Source of the DNA: a virus
Taxonomy: Duplodnaviria; Caudoviricetes
Direction: 5' to 3' (one strand)
IMG/VR virus record: IMGVR_UViG_3300021255_005861
Location: 121,667-185,666 of that record
DNA length: 64,000 bases
Below the pieces are notes generated by a model. That model was not told the origin of the DNA. It saw only the letters and a list, made by a program, of their open reading frames with translations, and searched no databases. The position numbers and the translations under genes were made by a program. Positions 1-10,216 of this stretch are shown here, piece after piece (positions within the stretch are counted from its first letter, which is position 1; each line of letters begins with the position of its first letter).

Positions 1-2
1 CG

Positions 3-848
3 CTCCCCGTAAAGGGTAGCGGCGGCTTCGACGTGTGCGTGGACTTCAAGGGGTTCTGCGACCTCGTGGCCGGATCCACATCGGACGAGGTGACCCTGGA
101 GTACTCGGACGGGGAACTGCGTATGACCGTGTTTGGCACCACGCAGGGCAGCATATCCACCATACCCGGCGAGGACTTCCCCCCGAACCTCTGCAGGAAG
201 GACTTGGGTAGCGGATATGCGATATCCAGGGAACTCGGGAGCACGCTCTCCCGCCTTACCTCGCTCTGCGTGGACGACGGGAGATTCCCGGCCCTTTCCC
301 ATATCCTCGTGACGGCCAAGGACTCCGTGGGGTTCCGTTGTGGCGGTGCCTTCCTGATGGGCACGGCGTGGGAGGTATCCCGCGAGGACAACTTCGTTCT
401 CCCGAACGTGGCGGCATCCATGCTCAAGGACGGGGGTACGCTCTATAGGAACGGGGGAGACTTCAGCATATCCGCCAACGGGATGACCATCGGCGGAAAG
501 ACGGTATCCTCCCCGTACCCGTTTCCGAACCTGCCGAACTACGTGAACGGCGTGGACGTGGACGTGCAGGGGCTGTCGTCTCTGCTCAAGGCGCTCCCCG
601 TGGACTGCGACCGGGCGCTCCTACACCTTTCCCCGATGACGCTGGACGCCGAGGGCGAGATTACTCCCGAGGAGGCGGTTATGGACAACGGACCCGTATG
701 GCTATCCCGCGACCTGCTCGGCAAGGTGCTGGAACTCGTATCCGCCTACCCCTCGGTCAACGTATGCACCGCGGGCGCGACCAGGGCTACGATGTGGACG
801 GCGGGGAACCTGTCGTTCGTCCTTATGCCAATGCACCCGAAGAAGTAA
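3..848 (+). CDS. DNA polymerase sliding clamp (beta/DnaN-like), 5'-partial
   Basis: Frame open from the window edge; clamp-like segments (F.DLV...DEVTLE, TIPGEDFP, C-terminal FVLMPM). Confidence 0.6.
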   Translation, partial: LPVKGSGGFDVCVDFKGFCDLVAGSTSDEVTLEYSDGELRMTVFGTTQGSISTIPGEDFPPNLCRKDLGSGYAISRELGSTLSRLTSLCVDDGRFPALSHILVTAKDSVGFRCGGAFLMGTAWEVSREDNFVLPNVAASMLKDGGTLYRNGGDFSISANGMTIGGKTVSSPYPFPNLPNYVNGVDVDVQGLSSLLKALPVDCDRALLHLSPMTLDAEGEITPEEAVMDNGPVWLSRDLLGKVLELVSAYPSVNVCTAGATRATMWTAGNLSFVLMPMHPKK

Positions 849-873
849 GCCCACGTGCTATAAGTTAAGATAG

Positions 874-905
874 GGCTACGGGAAATTCCTCCCGTAGCCA
901 TTTTT
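874..905 (+). terminator. Rho-independent terminator
   Basis: GGCTACGGGA/TCCCGTAGCC stem followed by a T-run. Confidence 0.6.
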
Positions 906-921
906 CCCGTAAGGAAACAAC

Positions 922-1191
922 ATGTTCAGTTACAAGTACAACGGGGATAGGGATCTCCTCAAGAACGCAAGGATAAACAAGAAGAGGGCGGTAGCGGTGC
1001 ATTCGTGCTGCGACTGCGGTTCTACCGAGGACACCCGCCCCATCGGGCCGAACACATACATGTGCAAGGCATGCCTGCTGAAGCCCGTGGACGGGATGGA
1101 CAAAAATTCCTCCCCGTACGGCTACACTTTCGTCAATAATAATGTATTTTTAGAGCATGGACAAGCTGAAGAACATAAGGGTGACGCATAG
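922..1191 (+). CDS. Small Zn-finger-like hypothetical protein
   Basis: CCDC...CKAC cysteine pairs; AAGGA RBS. Confidence 0.55.
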   Translation: MFSYKYNGDRDLLKNARINKKRAVAVHSCCDCGSTEDTRPIGPNTYMCKACLLKPVDGMDKNSSPYGYTFVNNNVFLEHGQAEEHKGDA

Positions 1192-1975
1192 GCTGTGGGC
1201 TAACATCTCGCGGTGGGGACGGCTGTCCCCGAAGTACCTCGTCATCCACTTCACGTCGGGTATAGGCGACAGCGCCGACCTGGCACCGGCAATGTTCAAA
1301 ATATACAAGACCTACGTGGATAGGGGAAGCAACGCCCACTACATGGTGGGCAGGTCCGAGATATGGGAGATGGTGGATCCCAAGACCTACTACACGAAGT
1401 ACTCATGCGGGTCGCCCGTAGGGAAGAAGAACGCCTGCAGGATACCCGACTGGGGCGTCACGGCATATCAAGGCCCGCTGTCCATGAGCCACGCTGGCCT
1501 GGCCGGGCACACGAACACGATAAACGTGGAGGTGTGCTCGCTAAAGCTGGGGCCGAAGCGTTGCTCCCCGATGGACGACGGGTGGTACTTCCACCCGGAC
1601 ACGTACGGCAACGCGGTGCGGCTGTCCGCGTGGATATGCGAGGAATTCGGCATCAAGGTGTCGAACATCATCATGCACAACCAGATCACGGGCAAGCTCT
1701 GCCCCGCGATGTGGTGCAACCGGGACGGGGCGGAGGCGCAGTTCGAGCAGTTCAAGATGGATGTGGGTGCACTCTTGAACGACGCCCCCGTACCCGAACC
1801 CCCGAAGGCGCCCGCGGGCGGCACGGTAAAGGTGTCCGCGGGCTCGCTGTTCTACGCCAAGCCCGATGCCGGCGGTATCGTGCTGGCGCAGGCCAAGGCC
1901 GACATGTCGCTGGAGTACACCATAAAGAACGGCCTGTTCGTATATACGGACATGGGATGGGTCATTTCCAACTAG
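1157..1975 (+). CDS. N-acetylmuramoyl-L-alanine amidase (Amidase_2 endolysin)
   Basis: LVIHFT, AHYMVG, TINVEVC, IIMH...GKLCP zinc-amidase motifs. Confidence 0.85.
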   Translation: MDKLKNIRVTHRLWANISRWGRLSPKYLVIHFTSGIGDSADLAPAMFKIYKTYVDRGSNAHYMVGRSEIWEMVDPKTYYTKYSCGSPVGKKNACRIPDWGVTAYQGPLSMSHAGLAGHTNTINVEVCSLKLGPKRCSPMDDGWYFHPDTYGNAVRLSAWICEEFGIKVSNIIMHNQITGKLCPAMWCNRDGAEAQFEQFKMDVGALLNDAPVPEPPKAPAGGTVKVSAGSLFYAKPDAGGIVLAQAKADMSLEYTIKNGLFVYTDMGWVISN

Positions 1976-1984
1976 GAGACTTTC

Positions 1985-2422
1985 ATGATTACGCTGAAGA
2001 AAATGGCAAGCCAGTTCTACGACCTCTTCAAGAACGTGAAGCCCACGCCGAAGGTGCGCCACCTGCGTATCCTTACGTGGGGCGACGACGTAGTGTTCCA
2101 AGGTTCGTGCATGGGCACGCAAGGGCTGTACACGATGGACATACGCCTGCGCAAGGACGAGGAGGGGAAGGTATCGTACCTCTCCCCCGTGTCCGACATC
2201 TTCTGCGGGTGTCCCGCCTTCAAGTACTACGTGCAGGACCCCTTGGCCAAGGCCGGGTCCGCCGAGCCCACGGGACACGTGAATATGCGTATCAACAACC
2301 CGAAGCAGATTCCCGCTCCCTGCAAGCATCTCTACGCATACATTCAGTACATAATGACGAGGGGACTCATTACGCAGGCCAACATGCGAAGCGCCAAGTC
2401 TGCCTTGAAGGACGTTAAGTAG
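1985..2422 (+). CDS. SWIM zinc-finger protein
   Basis: CGCPAF...CKH motif. Confidence 0.65.
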   Translation: MITLKKMASQFYDLFKNVKPTPKVRHLRILTWGDDVVFQGSCMGTQGLYTMDIRLRKDEEGKVSYLSPVSDIFCGCPAFKYYVQDPLAKAGSAEPTGHVNMRINNPKQIPAPCKHLYAYIQYIMTRGLITQANMRSAKSALKDVK

Positions 2423-2426
2423 CCCG

Positions 2427-5168
2427 ATGTCGTTCCTGTCCTCCATAGTATCCAAGTTCGGCAAGCCCGACGAGGGCGGTATCGGCGACGACAATTCGTC
2501 CCAGGCCGCCAAGGACAACAACCCGTACATCGCGGGCCCGGCGCTCGGCGCTCGCAACGCCTATGATGCGATATACTCGGCTGTCCGGTGGATGGCCGAG
2601 GGCAAGCGCAAGTCGCTGGAAACGATAGACGCGTGGCTGCGCGAGTGGGAGAAGGAGATAGACCGGATCGCGGCGCAGTACGAGGAACTGCTCAAGAAGA
2701 TAGGTGACGTCATGGGCAGCGCCGAGGCGACGTTCACGATGGACCTCGCCAAGGAGGCGTGGGAAATAATCCAGGGCTCGCCCGAGCTCCGCAGGTACAT
2801 GGGCGAAGCCAACTATTGGTACCTGCACGACACGTTGGGACTGCTGGCTACGCAGACCGGGTCGATGACCGCGGAACTTATGGAGGGCGTCAAGGCGGCG
2901 CTGAAGGCCACCATACTGGCTGTCCTGTCCGCTACCGACGGCCTGCTCCAGGTGGAGAGCTACTACGGGCGGATAGCGCAGTACTGGGGCGGCCTCTACC
3001 AGAAGATGCTCCCCCTCCCGCTTACGGACAGCATCTGCCCGCAGGTCACCTGCGCTTACTACTACAAGCCCACGCACGTTACCGATAGGGACGGGTACGT
3101 CCTCGAGAACCCCGTACCCGGAAACGGCTTCTCGCCCATACCGCTACCGCTACCCGACGTGGAAACGGCGGGCAGGTACGGTCTGCCCAGCGCCTTCCCC
3201 GATTACCAGGACCCGGCGTCGTGGTACGTGGACGGGGTCGGACGCACCCCGTGGTACATGCAGACCTCGATGGATATGTTCTGGCGCTCCCTTAACTACT
3301 GGGGCAGTTCCTACAGGGACTCCGTACCCCCGCTCGTAGGCATCGTATACGGGCAACGTGACTATACCGCCCGAGAGGATGGGGAGCACCCGTTGATAGT
3401 GGGGAAGACCTTCGCCCAGCTCGACACGTCCCTTACCGCCATATCCGGCGGGAACACCGCATCGTCCAAGATTTCCGATATCCTCGGAGCGGTATTCACC
3501 GAGGACGTGGTCCCGTACCTGAACGAGTGGCAGGAGGCCTACGAGGCCATGCGGGATATTGTATTTAACTGGGCGGCAACCAACGGAATTAACTCCGTTA
3601 CCGACCTGTACTACGCCACGGTTGGCAATACTCGTGCACTGTTCGCGCTCAAGGCGTACCTGGATTCAAGCGCCGACTACAAGACGGCACGTGAAAGACT
3701 TATAGGGGCATGGAACGGGATGGTTAATGCCTCGGGTACCGGATCCTATGCCGACTTCTACAGGGAGTGTCTGCGGGTGCTCCAGGAGGTGGCGCATGCT
3801 ACGGGAGACCTCAAGGGCGAGAACGTGTATGCCATGCCCGTTCCGATGGCGCTGTCCACGGACCCCGTCGTGAGTGTTGTAGATGGCGTTACCCTAGCAG
3901 CCCCGCAGTCCCCTGACATGTACGGGCTCCGCGGCATGGTAACAATTACGGGATGGGCGGCATCTCCTACAACTGACTATAGCGACGTGTTTGGCGTGGG
4001 TCGTTTTATCCTGCCGTCCGTGCAGGGTTTCGTCATGTTCCCCCAGGACTACACTCCCGCGATGTACTCGGACGCATTGTGGTACCCCGTGGCGTACATG
4101 AGGCAACTGTCCGTTCTTACCAACAATGTTGATATCGGGGTGGGAGAGGCTACCGTCAAGGGCGACTCCGAGATACTGCGCTACTCCTACGGGACGGCGT
4201 GGAACGCATCGGACACGGTGGGTACGCCCCCGTCGGCATTGTCTGACCCGGACGCCTGCGGGGTGGCGGATCCCGCCATTGTCGGCGACCGCTACATGTT
4301 CTGCAACCTGTTGTTCCCAGACGGCGTGATAGTTTCCGACGGGAGCATGTCCGACGCCCCGGACACCTTCGTTACCATATACCGGAAGTACGCCACTGCG
4401 TACATGGCATCCGAGGAACTAGCTGACGAGGTTGGGTACTCCATACGGGAGGGCCGCCAGGTCCTGTTCCCGTGCTTCGGCGTGTACGGCGAGTGGCTCG
4501 GAATGTACTCTTGGGAGTTCCGCGAGATGCCCTCGTCCACGTTCGGCGCCACCTATGCCCGCTGCAGAAGCGGGAGCGACCTCTACTACGAGAAGACGAG
4601 GCCATCTCACGTCGTGTTCCGCCACTCCCGCTATTACTCCGACACGCGGGCCATGTCCATGACCATATACCACGAGGCCATAGCTCACTCCGAGCGCTCC
4701 GCCGGTGAGGAGAGGTACGACTTCTACGTGTTCCCTATGGAGAGCGTGTCTATAGGTACGCACAGGGACGGGGACTACGACCTCGGCAGCCTGTGGCCCG
4801 TCAACGTGACCAAGGACGGGGTCGGATACCGCTACATAACTATGCGCAACGCCATTCCGAAGTGTCCCAAGTACGTGGACCCCGAGCTGTGGTCGTTCAT
4901 GGACCTCGTGCACGAACTCTACTTCCTCGCCGAGAGCCTGTCGGGGCTGTGCGCGGACAACGGGGAGCGGATGGACAATATCGAGAAGACGCTCTCGGAC
5001 TTCGGGCTCGAGCCCCCGCAGTTCCTCGGGCAGCTTCCCGCCGACAACGGGAAGCACATCGACTACAAGTTTACTATATTCCAACAGTACGCGGACAGGC
5101 TGAAGAAGGCGCTGGACAACGTCTACTCCCTGCGCGACAAGATTTTCAAGGCTACCGAGAACTGGTAG
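2427..5168 (+). CDS. Large hypothetical protein, probably virion structural
   Basis: 913 aa ORF with phage codon usage; no catalytic motif recognised. Confidence 0.55.
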   Translation: MSFLSSIVSKFGKPDEGGIGDDNSSQAAKDNNPYIAGPALGARNAYDAIYSAVRWMAEGKRKSLETIDAWLREWEKEIDRIAAQYEELLKKIGDVMGSAEATFTMDLAKEAWEIIQGSPELRRYMGEANYWYLHDTLGLLATQTGSMTAELMEGVKAALKATILAVLSATDGLLQVESYYGRIAQYWGGLYQKMLPLPLTDSICPQVTCAYYYKPTHVTDRDGYVLENPVPGNGFSPIPLPLPDVETAGRYGLPSAFPDYQDPASWYVDGVGRTPWYMQTSMDMFWRSLNYWGSSYRDSVPPLVGIVYGQRDYTAREDGEHPLIVGKTFAQLDTSLTAISGGNTASSKISDILGAVFTEDVVPYLNEWQEAYEAMRDIVFNWAATNGINSVTDLYYATVGNTRALFALKAYLDSSADYKTARERLIGAWNGMVNASGTGSYADFYRECLRVLQEVAHATGDLKGENVYAMPVPMALSTDPVVSVVDGVTLAAPQSPDMYGLRGMVTITGWAASPTTDYSDVFGVGRFILPSVQGFVMFPQDYTPAMYSDALWYPVAYMRQLSVLTNNVDIGVGEATVKGDSEILRYSYGTAWNASDTVGTPPSALSDPDACGVADPAIVGDRYMFCNLLFPDGVIVSDGSMSDAPDTFVTIYRKYATAYMASEELADEVGYSIREGRQVLFPCFGVYGEWLGMYSWEFREMPSSTFGATYARCRSGSDLYYEKTRPSHVVFRHSRYYSDTRAMSMTIYHEAIAHSERSAGEERYDFYVFPMESVSIGTHRDGDYDLGSLWPVNVTKDGVGYRYITMRNAIPKCPKYVDPELWSFMDLVHELYFLAESLSGLCADNGERMDNIEKTLSDFGLEPPQFLGQLPADNGKHIDYKFTIFQQYADRLKKALDNVYSLRDKIFKATENW

Positions 5169-5181
5169 CGACGGAGGATTC

Positions 5182-6330
5182 ATGCTTACCAATCCTAACT
5201 GGAACGTACATACGAACTATGCGGTAAACGACGTATTTAAGCCGGTCGCCGCGAACCAGCTCGTATCGACCATCCCTTACGACTACGTCATCACGCAGGC
5301 CATGCTGGACTGGGGTGTCGCCAATGCCAGCGACTCCAACGGAATCGACATCGCGAAGGTGCTCAAGAAGGGGGACACGGGCAGTACTGCCGGCATAACT
5401 TCCAAGAAGCGTATCTCCGTAATGCTGGACTGCGATACCGACTCGACTATGACGCTGAACTTCCGTAACCTTGTTGGATCCCCGTGGTTCGCTGAGGGGC
5501 AGGGCACCAACACCCTGGACATCTATCCGAAGGCACCGTTCATATTTACCGGGCGCTCGGGACCGACATATATCTATAACGGATACAAGAACTTTGTAAT
5601 CATCCTGGACACCGTCCAGCAGGCAACCCTGTATGTGGGTGTGTTCACGTGCACCTCGAATATCCCGTGGAGTACTGGTTCGTTTATCTACGAGGCCGTC
5701 CAGGGCAACAACGTACCTTCCGGCGCAAGTGTCGTCCATACCGCATGGATGACGAACAAGGTGCCCGTGAGCGTATCCGACATATCCGACTTGCCCTCGT
5801 TGACCGCGGACATGTTCATCCTGCACAGTGGGAATATGATACAGGACCAAGTGGATAATACTACGTTCACAGTCATCCAGGAGAAACTGGGTAGTAATAT
5901 TGTACCATACCTCGTTACGTCCTATTCGGAAGGCCTTAACAAATTCTGTCCCTTGATAAATATAGAGGCGGGCTGTATTCCAGTGTTCCGTGACGAGAGT
6001 GGTAAACGCAACCTTCGCTTGGAATACGATAGTACTCAACAGGTGTACAAGTGGAATATCGTGAACGACTTTAAATTCCCTGGCCTCATCCAGTTCCCCG
6101 GAGCGGGGGTAACGCAGCTTGACGTCTATAATATGCTTGTGGAAAATATTACGGCCAACGGACTGCCCAAGCTCGCATATACTCCGTCGGGGTCGCAGAC
6201 GTTCCTTGTCCCTGGTACGTCATATTTAAAACTAAGCAATACCTCGTATAATTTCTATTGGACGTATTCCTCCGGGAGCACTACCAATACCTTGTGGATG
6301 AACGGACAGGGTACATGGAATATTGATTGA
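5182..6330 (+). CDS. Hypothetical protein, possibly tail-associated
   Basis: 382 aa, T/N/S-rich; GGAGG RBS. Confidence 0.5.
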   Translation: MLTNPNWNVHTNYAVNDVFKPVAANQLVSTIPYDYVITQAMLDWGVANASDSNGIDIAKVLKKGDTGSTAGITSKKRISVMLDCDTDSTMTLNFRNLVGSPWFAEGQGTNTLDIYPKAPFIFTGRSGPTYIYNGYKNFVIILDTVQQATLYVGVFTCTSNIPWSTGSFIYEAVQGNNVPSGASVVHTAWMTNKVPVSVSDISDLPSLTADMFILHSGNMIQDQVDNTTFTVIQEKLGSNIVPYLVTSYSEGLNKFCPLINIEAGCIPVFRDESGKRNLRLEYDSTQQVYKWNIVNDFKFPGLIQFPGAGVTQLDVYNMLVENITANGLPKLAYTPSGSQTFLVPGTSYLKLSNTSYNFYWTYSSGSTTNTLWMNGQGTWNID

Positions 6331-6977
6331 TGAACTTCCTCCAGATATCGCTCACTACCAAGTGCAACCTGGCCTGCCCAACGTGCCCGATGGCGGCGTA
6401 CCGGAATACGGATAACGCCCCGTTCGTGCTTACTAATGGCAGGCTCCTCCCGTGGATCCGCAAGTACCTCTCCCCACACTCCTGGGTCATCGAACTCACG
6501 GGGGGAGAGCCTGCCCTTTATGACGGCATCTCCGACCTGCTATATGCACTGGACTCGGAAGGTTACAGGGGGCTCGTCAAGACCAACGGCCTGCTCCCCA
6601 TACCCAAGACCGACAACTTCATACGCGTTGCCGCCTTCCACAACCTTGACCGGTTCCCCGTCTACTACGACAAGATACTTATTGTGGACAAGCTGGAACG
6701 CGAGGCCAAGGAGGCGTACTGCAAGGAGCACGGCATAGACTACCGCGTCATCGGGTTCAACAAGGAGAACCCGGACGGAGCGACGCACGGCTTCGACAAG
6801 GTGGCCTACATCGACCCGCACGGACACCAGGTCCCCTGCCCGTCCTGCCCCATCCAGTACGAAAAACAACCCGACCGCTACACGATCGAGTATCAACGGT
6901 TGAAGCCGGGTATGTGCTGCGGGCACTGCAAGGCGGCGATAGACGCATGGCGCTTCCTGCCCGACTCGTGGAATTGA
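6327..6977 (+). CDS. Radical SAM protein
   Basis: CNLACPTC (CxxxCxxC), TGGEP, TNG motifs; extra C-terminal cysteines. Confidence 0.85.
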   Translation: MMNFLQISLTTKCNLACPTCPMAAYRNTDNAPFVLTNGRLLPWIRKYLSPHSWVIELTGGEPALYDGISDLLYALDSEGYRGLVKTNGLLPIPKTDNFIRVAAFHNLDRFPVYYDKILIVDKLEREAKEAYCKEHGIDYRVIGFNKENPDGATHGFDKVAYIDPHGHQVPCPSCPIQYEKQPDRYTIEYQRLKPGMCCGHCKAAIDAWRFLPDSWN

Positions 6978-8330
6978 ACTATCCCCCACGCTAAAGACAT
7001 GCGGGATTCCCTAACTTACACAGAAACATTTCCTGCGATGGTTTCGGGCATTCTCGGTGTAATCCGAGCATTTTTAAGGACTTCGGTAGGTTCCCTTCCT
7101 AATGTCCGTTTGACTCCTAGATACAGAATATTACGTGCAGCGTTCACATCCCTATCGTGCTGTACGTTGCATACGGGGCATACCCACTGATTCACACCTA
7201 ACACGACAGCCGTATTTATATTCCCGCACACGTTACAGGTCTTGCTTGTGTATTGTGCAGGCACCTTTACAAGGTTCGTCTTATAGGACAGGTATTGCCG
7301 AAGCAACCCAAATCCTTGGTCGCCAACAGTCTTACCGTGTTCTAGCTCCGAAGCCATCTTGGATAGATCGATGTCCTCCATGAACACGTATTGGTATTTG
7401 TTGGCTAACTCCCGGCTAACCTTGTGAAGCCAATCCTTACGTTGGTTGGCTACTTTTTCGTATAGCCTCGCCACTTTAAGTCTGGCTTTTTGATATCGGT
7501 GGGATTGTTCGTTCTTTCCATTGACGAACCGGTTGGACTGGATTTGCTGGTATTTCGCTAGCTGCTTTTCCTTACGCTTCAAGAAACGGGGGCACTTGAT
7601 TTTCGTGCCGTCGCTCAAAGTGAGGAAAGAATCGGAGTTGCAGTTCCAATCTATGCCTACGGCTTTTCCATTTTGTATTTTCTTAATATCTTTAGTTTCT
7701 ACACAAATCTTGACATACCATTTTCCACTTGCAGACCGCTTAAAGGTAATGTTCTTCCATCTACCCTTGCAGAACTGCGAAGACGCATGGAGGGGTATAT
7801 AGCCAAGCCTACGAGATATGAACAGCCCTTTTGAATTGATGTGGGCTACATTTCTTTGCAATGCATACCTAAACGATGCCTTGGAGTTCTTTTTGCTCTT
7901 GAAGGTTGGTGGTTGCATAGGCTTTCCCTTGCGGGTACCCTTGAGAGATGCAAAGAAATTCGTATATGCTCCACGGACATCGCTCCATGTTTGTCCAAGT
8001 GGCACGGAATCCACTTCCTTAATCCACTCCAATGCTTCGGGCTTGAACTTCATGAACGTAGGCTTGTAGCCCTCAATAGGCATACTGTGGTCTTTGTTCT
8101 TGTTCTCCACCACCAGGTTGTAATACAGACGACAAAGACCAAGTGTCTTGTTGAAGATAGACACTTGTTCCTTGGTTGGATAGATTCTGTATTCGTAAGC
8201 TTTGTTCATAAGTTTATGTAAACTTTGACTATACTTTAAATATGCATAAGGTTTTTAGAATTTGCAATAGGTTTATTCAAAAATCTGGGCGATTCATTTT
8301 ACAGGCACTAAAAATTTGTGAGTATTCTCG
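6974..8330 (-). mobile_element. IS200/IS605-family (IS1341-like, tnpB-only) element
   Basis: AT-richer segment; subterminal hairpins at ~6983-7010 and ~8290-8330; right end finishes TTCAA on the minus strand; ends approximate. Confidence 0.75.
7016..8209 (-). CDS. tnpB: RNA-guided endonuclease TnpB
   Basis: AYEYRIYPT HTH start, RuvC D/E/D (GIDWN, MEDID, DRDVNAA), CxxC...CxxC zinc ribbon. Confidence 0.95.
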   Translation of the reverse strand: MNKAYEYRIYPTKEQVSIFNKTLGLCRLYYNLVVENKNKDHSMPIEGYKPTFMKFKPEALEWIKEVDSVPLGQTWSDVRGAYTNFFASLKGTRKGKPMQPPTFKSKKNSKASFRYALQRNVAHINSKGLFISRRLGYIPLHASSQFCKGRWKNITFKRSASGKWYVKICVETKDIKKIQNGKAVGIDWNCNSDSFLTLSDGTKIKCPRFLKRKEKQLAKYQQIQSNRFVNGKNEQSHRYQKARLKVARLYEKVANQRKDWLHKVSRELANKYQYVFMEDIDLSKMASELEHGKTVGDQGFGLLRQYLSYKTNLVKVPAQYTSKTCNVCGNINTAVVLGVNQWVCPVCNVQHDRDVNAARNILYLGVKRTLGREPTEVLKNARITPRMPETIAGNVSV

Positions 8331-8513
8331 TTACATTTCTATAACTTCTTTATATTCAATAATAAAGTTCTGATGCCACCACGAGTTAATCGTGAGCGCG
8401 TTGTTGCACTTGCCGTTGAGCCACAGGAAGTACGGGCCCTTGTCGGCGTGTTCCAACCCGTGCGTTGCGGTGAAGCCTATTCTATGTACGTTGCTCAATC
8501 CTAGATTTTTCAT
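8331..8513 (-). CDS. Stand-alone methyltransferase TRD-like mini-protein (cassette Y, 60 aa)
   Basis: MKNLG...GKCNNALTI...NFIIEYKE; ATGA overlap with upstream mini-ORF; same pattern as cassettes at 16889-18170. Confidence 0.6.
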   Translation of the reverse strand: MKNLGLSNVHRIGFTATHGLEHADKGPYFLWLNGKCNNALTINSWWHQNFIIEYKEVIEM

Positions 8514-8671
8514 CGCAAGTCCTTGTACAAAATGACCTTGATCTTGTTTCCGCTGCCCTCGCTGGATTTCAGTGCGTAGCACTTGCCCGCCGGATCCACG
8601 ACGTTCTGCTCAAAGTGCCAACCGTAGGGCGTCATGTCCTTCAGCGGCGTAATGACGTTGCCGCCATTCAT
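8510..8671 (-). CDS. Stand-alone methyltransferase TRD-like mini-protein (cassette X, 53 aa)
   Basis: Manual translation MNGGNVITPLKDMTPYGWHFEQNVVDPAGKCYALKSSEGSGNKIKVILYKDLR; ATGA overlap with the helicase stop. Confidence 0.65.
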   Translation of the reverse strand: MNGGNVITPLKDMTPYGWHFEQNVVDPAGKCYALKSSEGSGNKIKVILYKDLR

Positions 8672-10128
8672 CGCCTCCTCCTCGGGCTGCCCCTACGCGG
8701 TGCCCTCTCATCAGATTCCTCGTCGTGGTATTCCTCTTCCTGACCCATGTCCACTCTCGACAGCAACTTGAAGTCGAGGTACGGCCTCCCGATGGCGAGG
8801 CACGACGTGCATACCACCTGGTCTATGCAGGGAGCGCCGTCACGCGAGGTTTCGCAGGCCACTCGGCATATCCCCCTGGCCTTCTCCTCCATGGAGTGGT
8901 TCAGCGTTATCAGCTTGGTCACGTGAGCCACCTTTCGGATATCTTCGGCCACGTCCGCCGCTCCGACGTCCTTGTTGCCGCCCACGGTCTGCCTGCCGGT
9001 TTGCGATGCGGTCACCAGTACGCCCTTGCGCTCCGACGCCAGACCTCTCAAACCCTTCCACGTGGTGTTGATGCGGTCGCGTTCCGAGTCTCCTCGCCCG
9101 AGGTCCATGATATCCGCGTAGTCCACGACTATCACCTCGGGTACGAAGTTCTCGTACACCTCCATGTCCTTGAGTTCCGCCTGCAACCCGCGCACCGTGA
9201 GCGAGTTCGTCGGGTAGTTCCTCAGTTCCAGCCTTCCCCCGCGGCTCATCTTCCGCAGGTCCCGCATGTCCTTCGCTATGCGCTCGTCGGACACGTCCAC
9301 GCGACGGGTCGTGGCCACCCCGTCCACGATACGGAACACGCCCTCGTCGCACTCCTGGAACTCCGGCCACGGGGCCTCCTCCCCGTACCTGCTCCTGCCC
9401 TGCAGCATCTGCCAGAACCTGCGCACCATCTGCTTCTTGGACATCTCCAGGGAAACGAACAGCACCGCCTTGCCCTGCAAGGCCGCCTGCATCGCGATGA
9501 CCATGAGCCACCACGTCTTGCTCGACTTGGGGGGACCGATGACCGCGACGAAGTCCTCGCGGATGAACGGGCCGATGACCCTGCCGAGTTCCCCCGGCAT
9601 CTCGAACACAACGTCCTCCTCGTCGTCGAAGGCGGAGGACACCGCCTCCACGTCGCCGAACATGTCCACGACCTCGGTCTTGCGGATCTCGGGCTTCACG
9701 AAGTCCGCTATAGCGTGGAAGCCCCCGCTCACGTCGTTGGCCTGCACCGCACGTGATAGCCGGTCGGAGAGAACGGCGAGCGACCGCCCCTGGAAGAACT
9801 TCAGCGCCATCTCCTCGGCCATGCCCTCGTTCGTGGGAAGCCACTCGTCGGAGCAGGACTGGAGGAAGGTGTAGACCATCTCCGCGTCCGCGTCCTTGAG
9901 CTCGGACGCCCGCTGGCGGTACAAGTCGCTTATCGCGCCCTTCGGGGCCTCTCCGCACTTGTCGTAGAAGTCCCATACCCACGTGGACACTATCTTTCCC
10001 AGCGTGGTCTCGAACAGGGTTGGGTCGCCCACCTTCCGGCACCTACCGAGGAGCGTGGTGGACATGATTAGGTTTGAAAGTACTCTGCGTTCAACGGATA
10101 TGTCTATCTTCTCGCGGCGTAGGGGCAT
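8668..10128 (-). CDS. DnaB-like replicative helicase
   Basis: Variant Walker A GPPKSSKT, FVSLEM, IVVDYAD, TASQ motifs; start taken at MPLRREK. Confidence 0.85.
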   Translation of the reverse strand: MPLRREKIDISVERRVLSNLIMSTTLLGRCRKVGDPTLFETTLGKIVSTWVWDFYDKCGEAPKGAISDLYRQRASELKDADAEMVYTFLQSCSDEWLPTNEGMAEEMALKFFQGRSLAVLSDRLSRAVQANDVSGGFHAIADFVKPEIRKTEVVDMFGDVEAVSSAFDDEEDVVFEMPGELGRVIGPFIREDFVAVIGPPKSSKTWWLMVIAMQAALQGKAVLFVSLEMSKKQMVRRFWQMLQGRSRYGEEAPWPEFQECDEGVFRIVDGVATTRRVDVSDERIAKDMRDLRKMSRGGRLELRNYPTNSLTVRGLQAELKDMEVYENFVPEVIVVDYADIMDLGRGDSERDRINTTWKGLRGLASERKGVLVTASQTGRQTVGGNKDVGAADVAEDIRKVAHVTKLITLNHSMEEKARGICRVACETSRDGAPCIDQVVCTSCLAIGRPYLDFKLLSRVDMGQEEEYHDEESDERAPRRGSPRRRR

Positions 10129-10190
10129 GCGTAAAAACTCTGGGGTGGCGATGTAAAACTTGAAATGGGCACGCCCGAGAGCGTGCCCTT

Positions 10191-10214
10191 CCAATATAGC
10201 AAGGCGGCAAAATC
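10191..10214 (-). promoter_or_regulatory. Promoter-like motif TTTTGCC-N5-GCTATA
   Basis: Minus strand GATTTTGCCGCCTTGCTATATTGG upstream of the helicase. Confidence 0.7.
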
Positions 10215-10216
10215 AG

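Noticed and set aside
6327-6977. QueE / 7-deazaguanine DNA modification pathway
   Set aside because: No folE, queD, queC or dpdA recognised in the window; only generic radical SAM motifs
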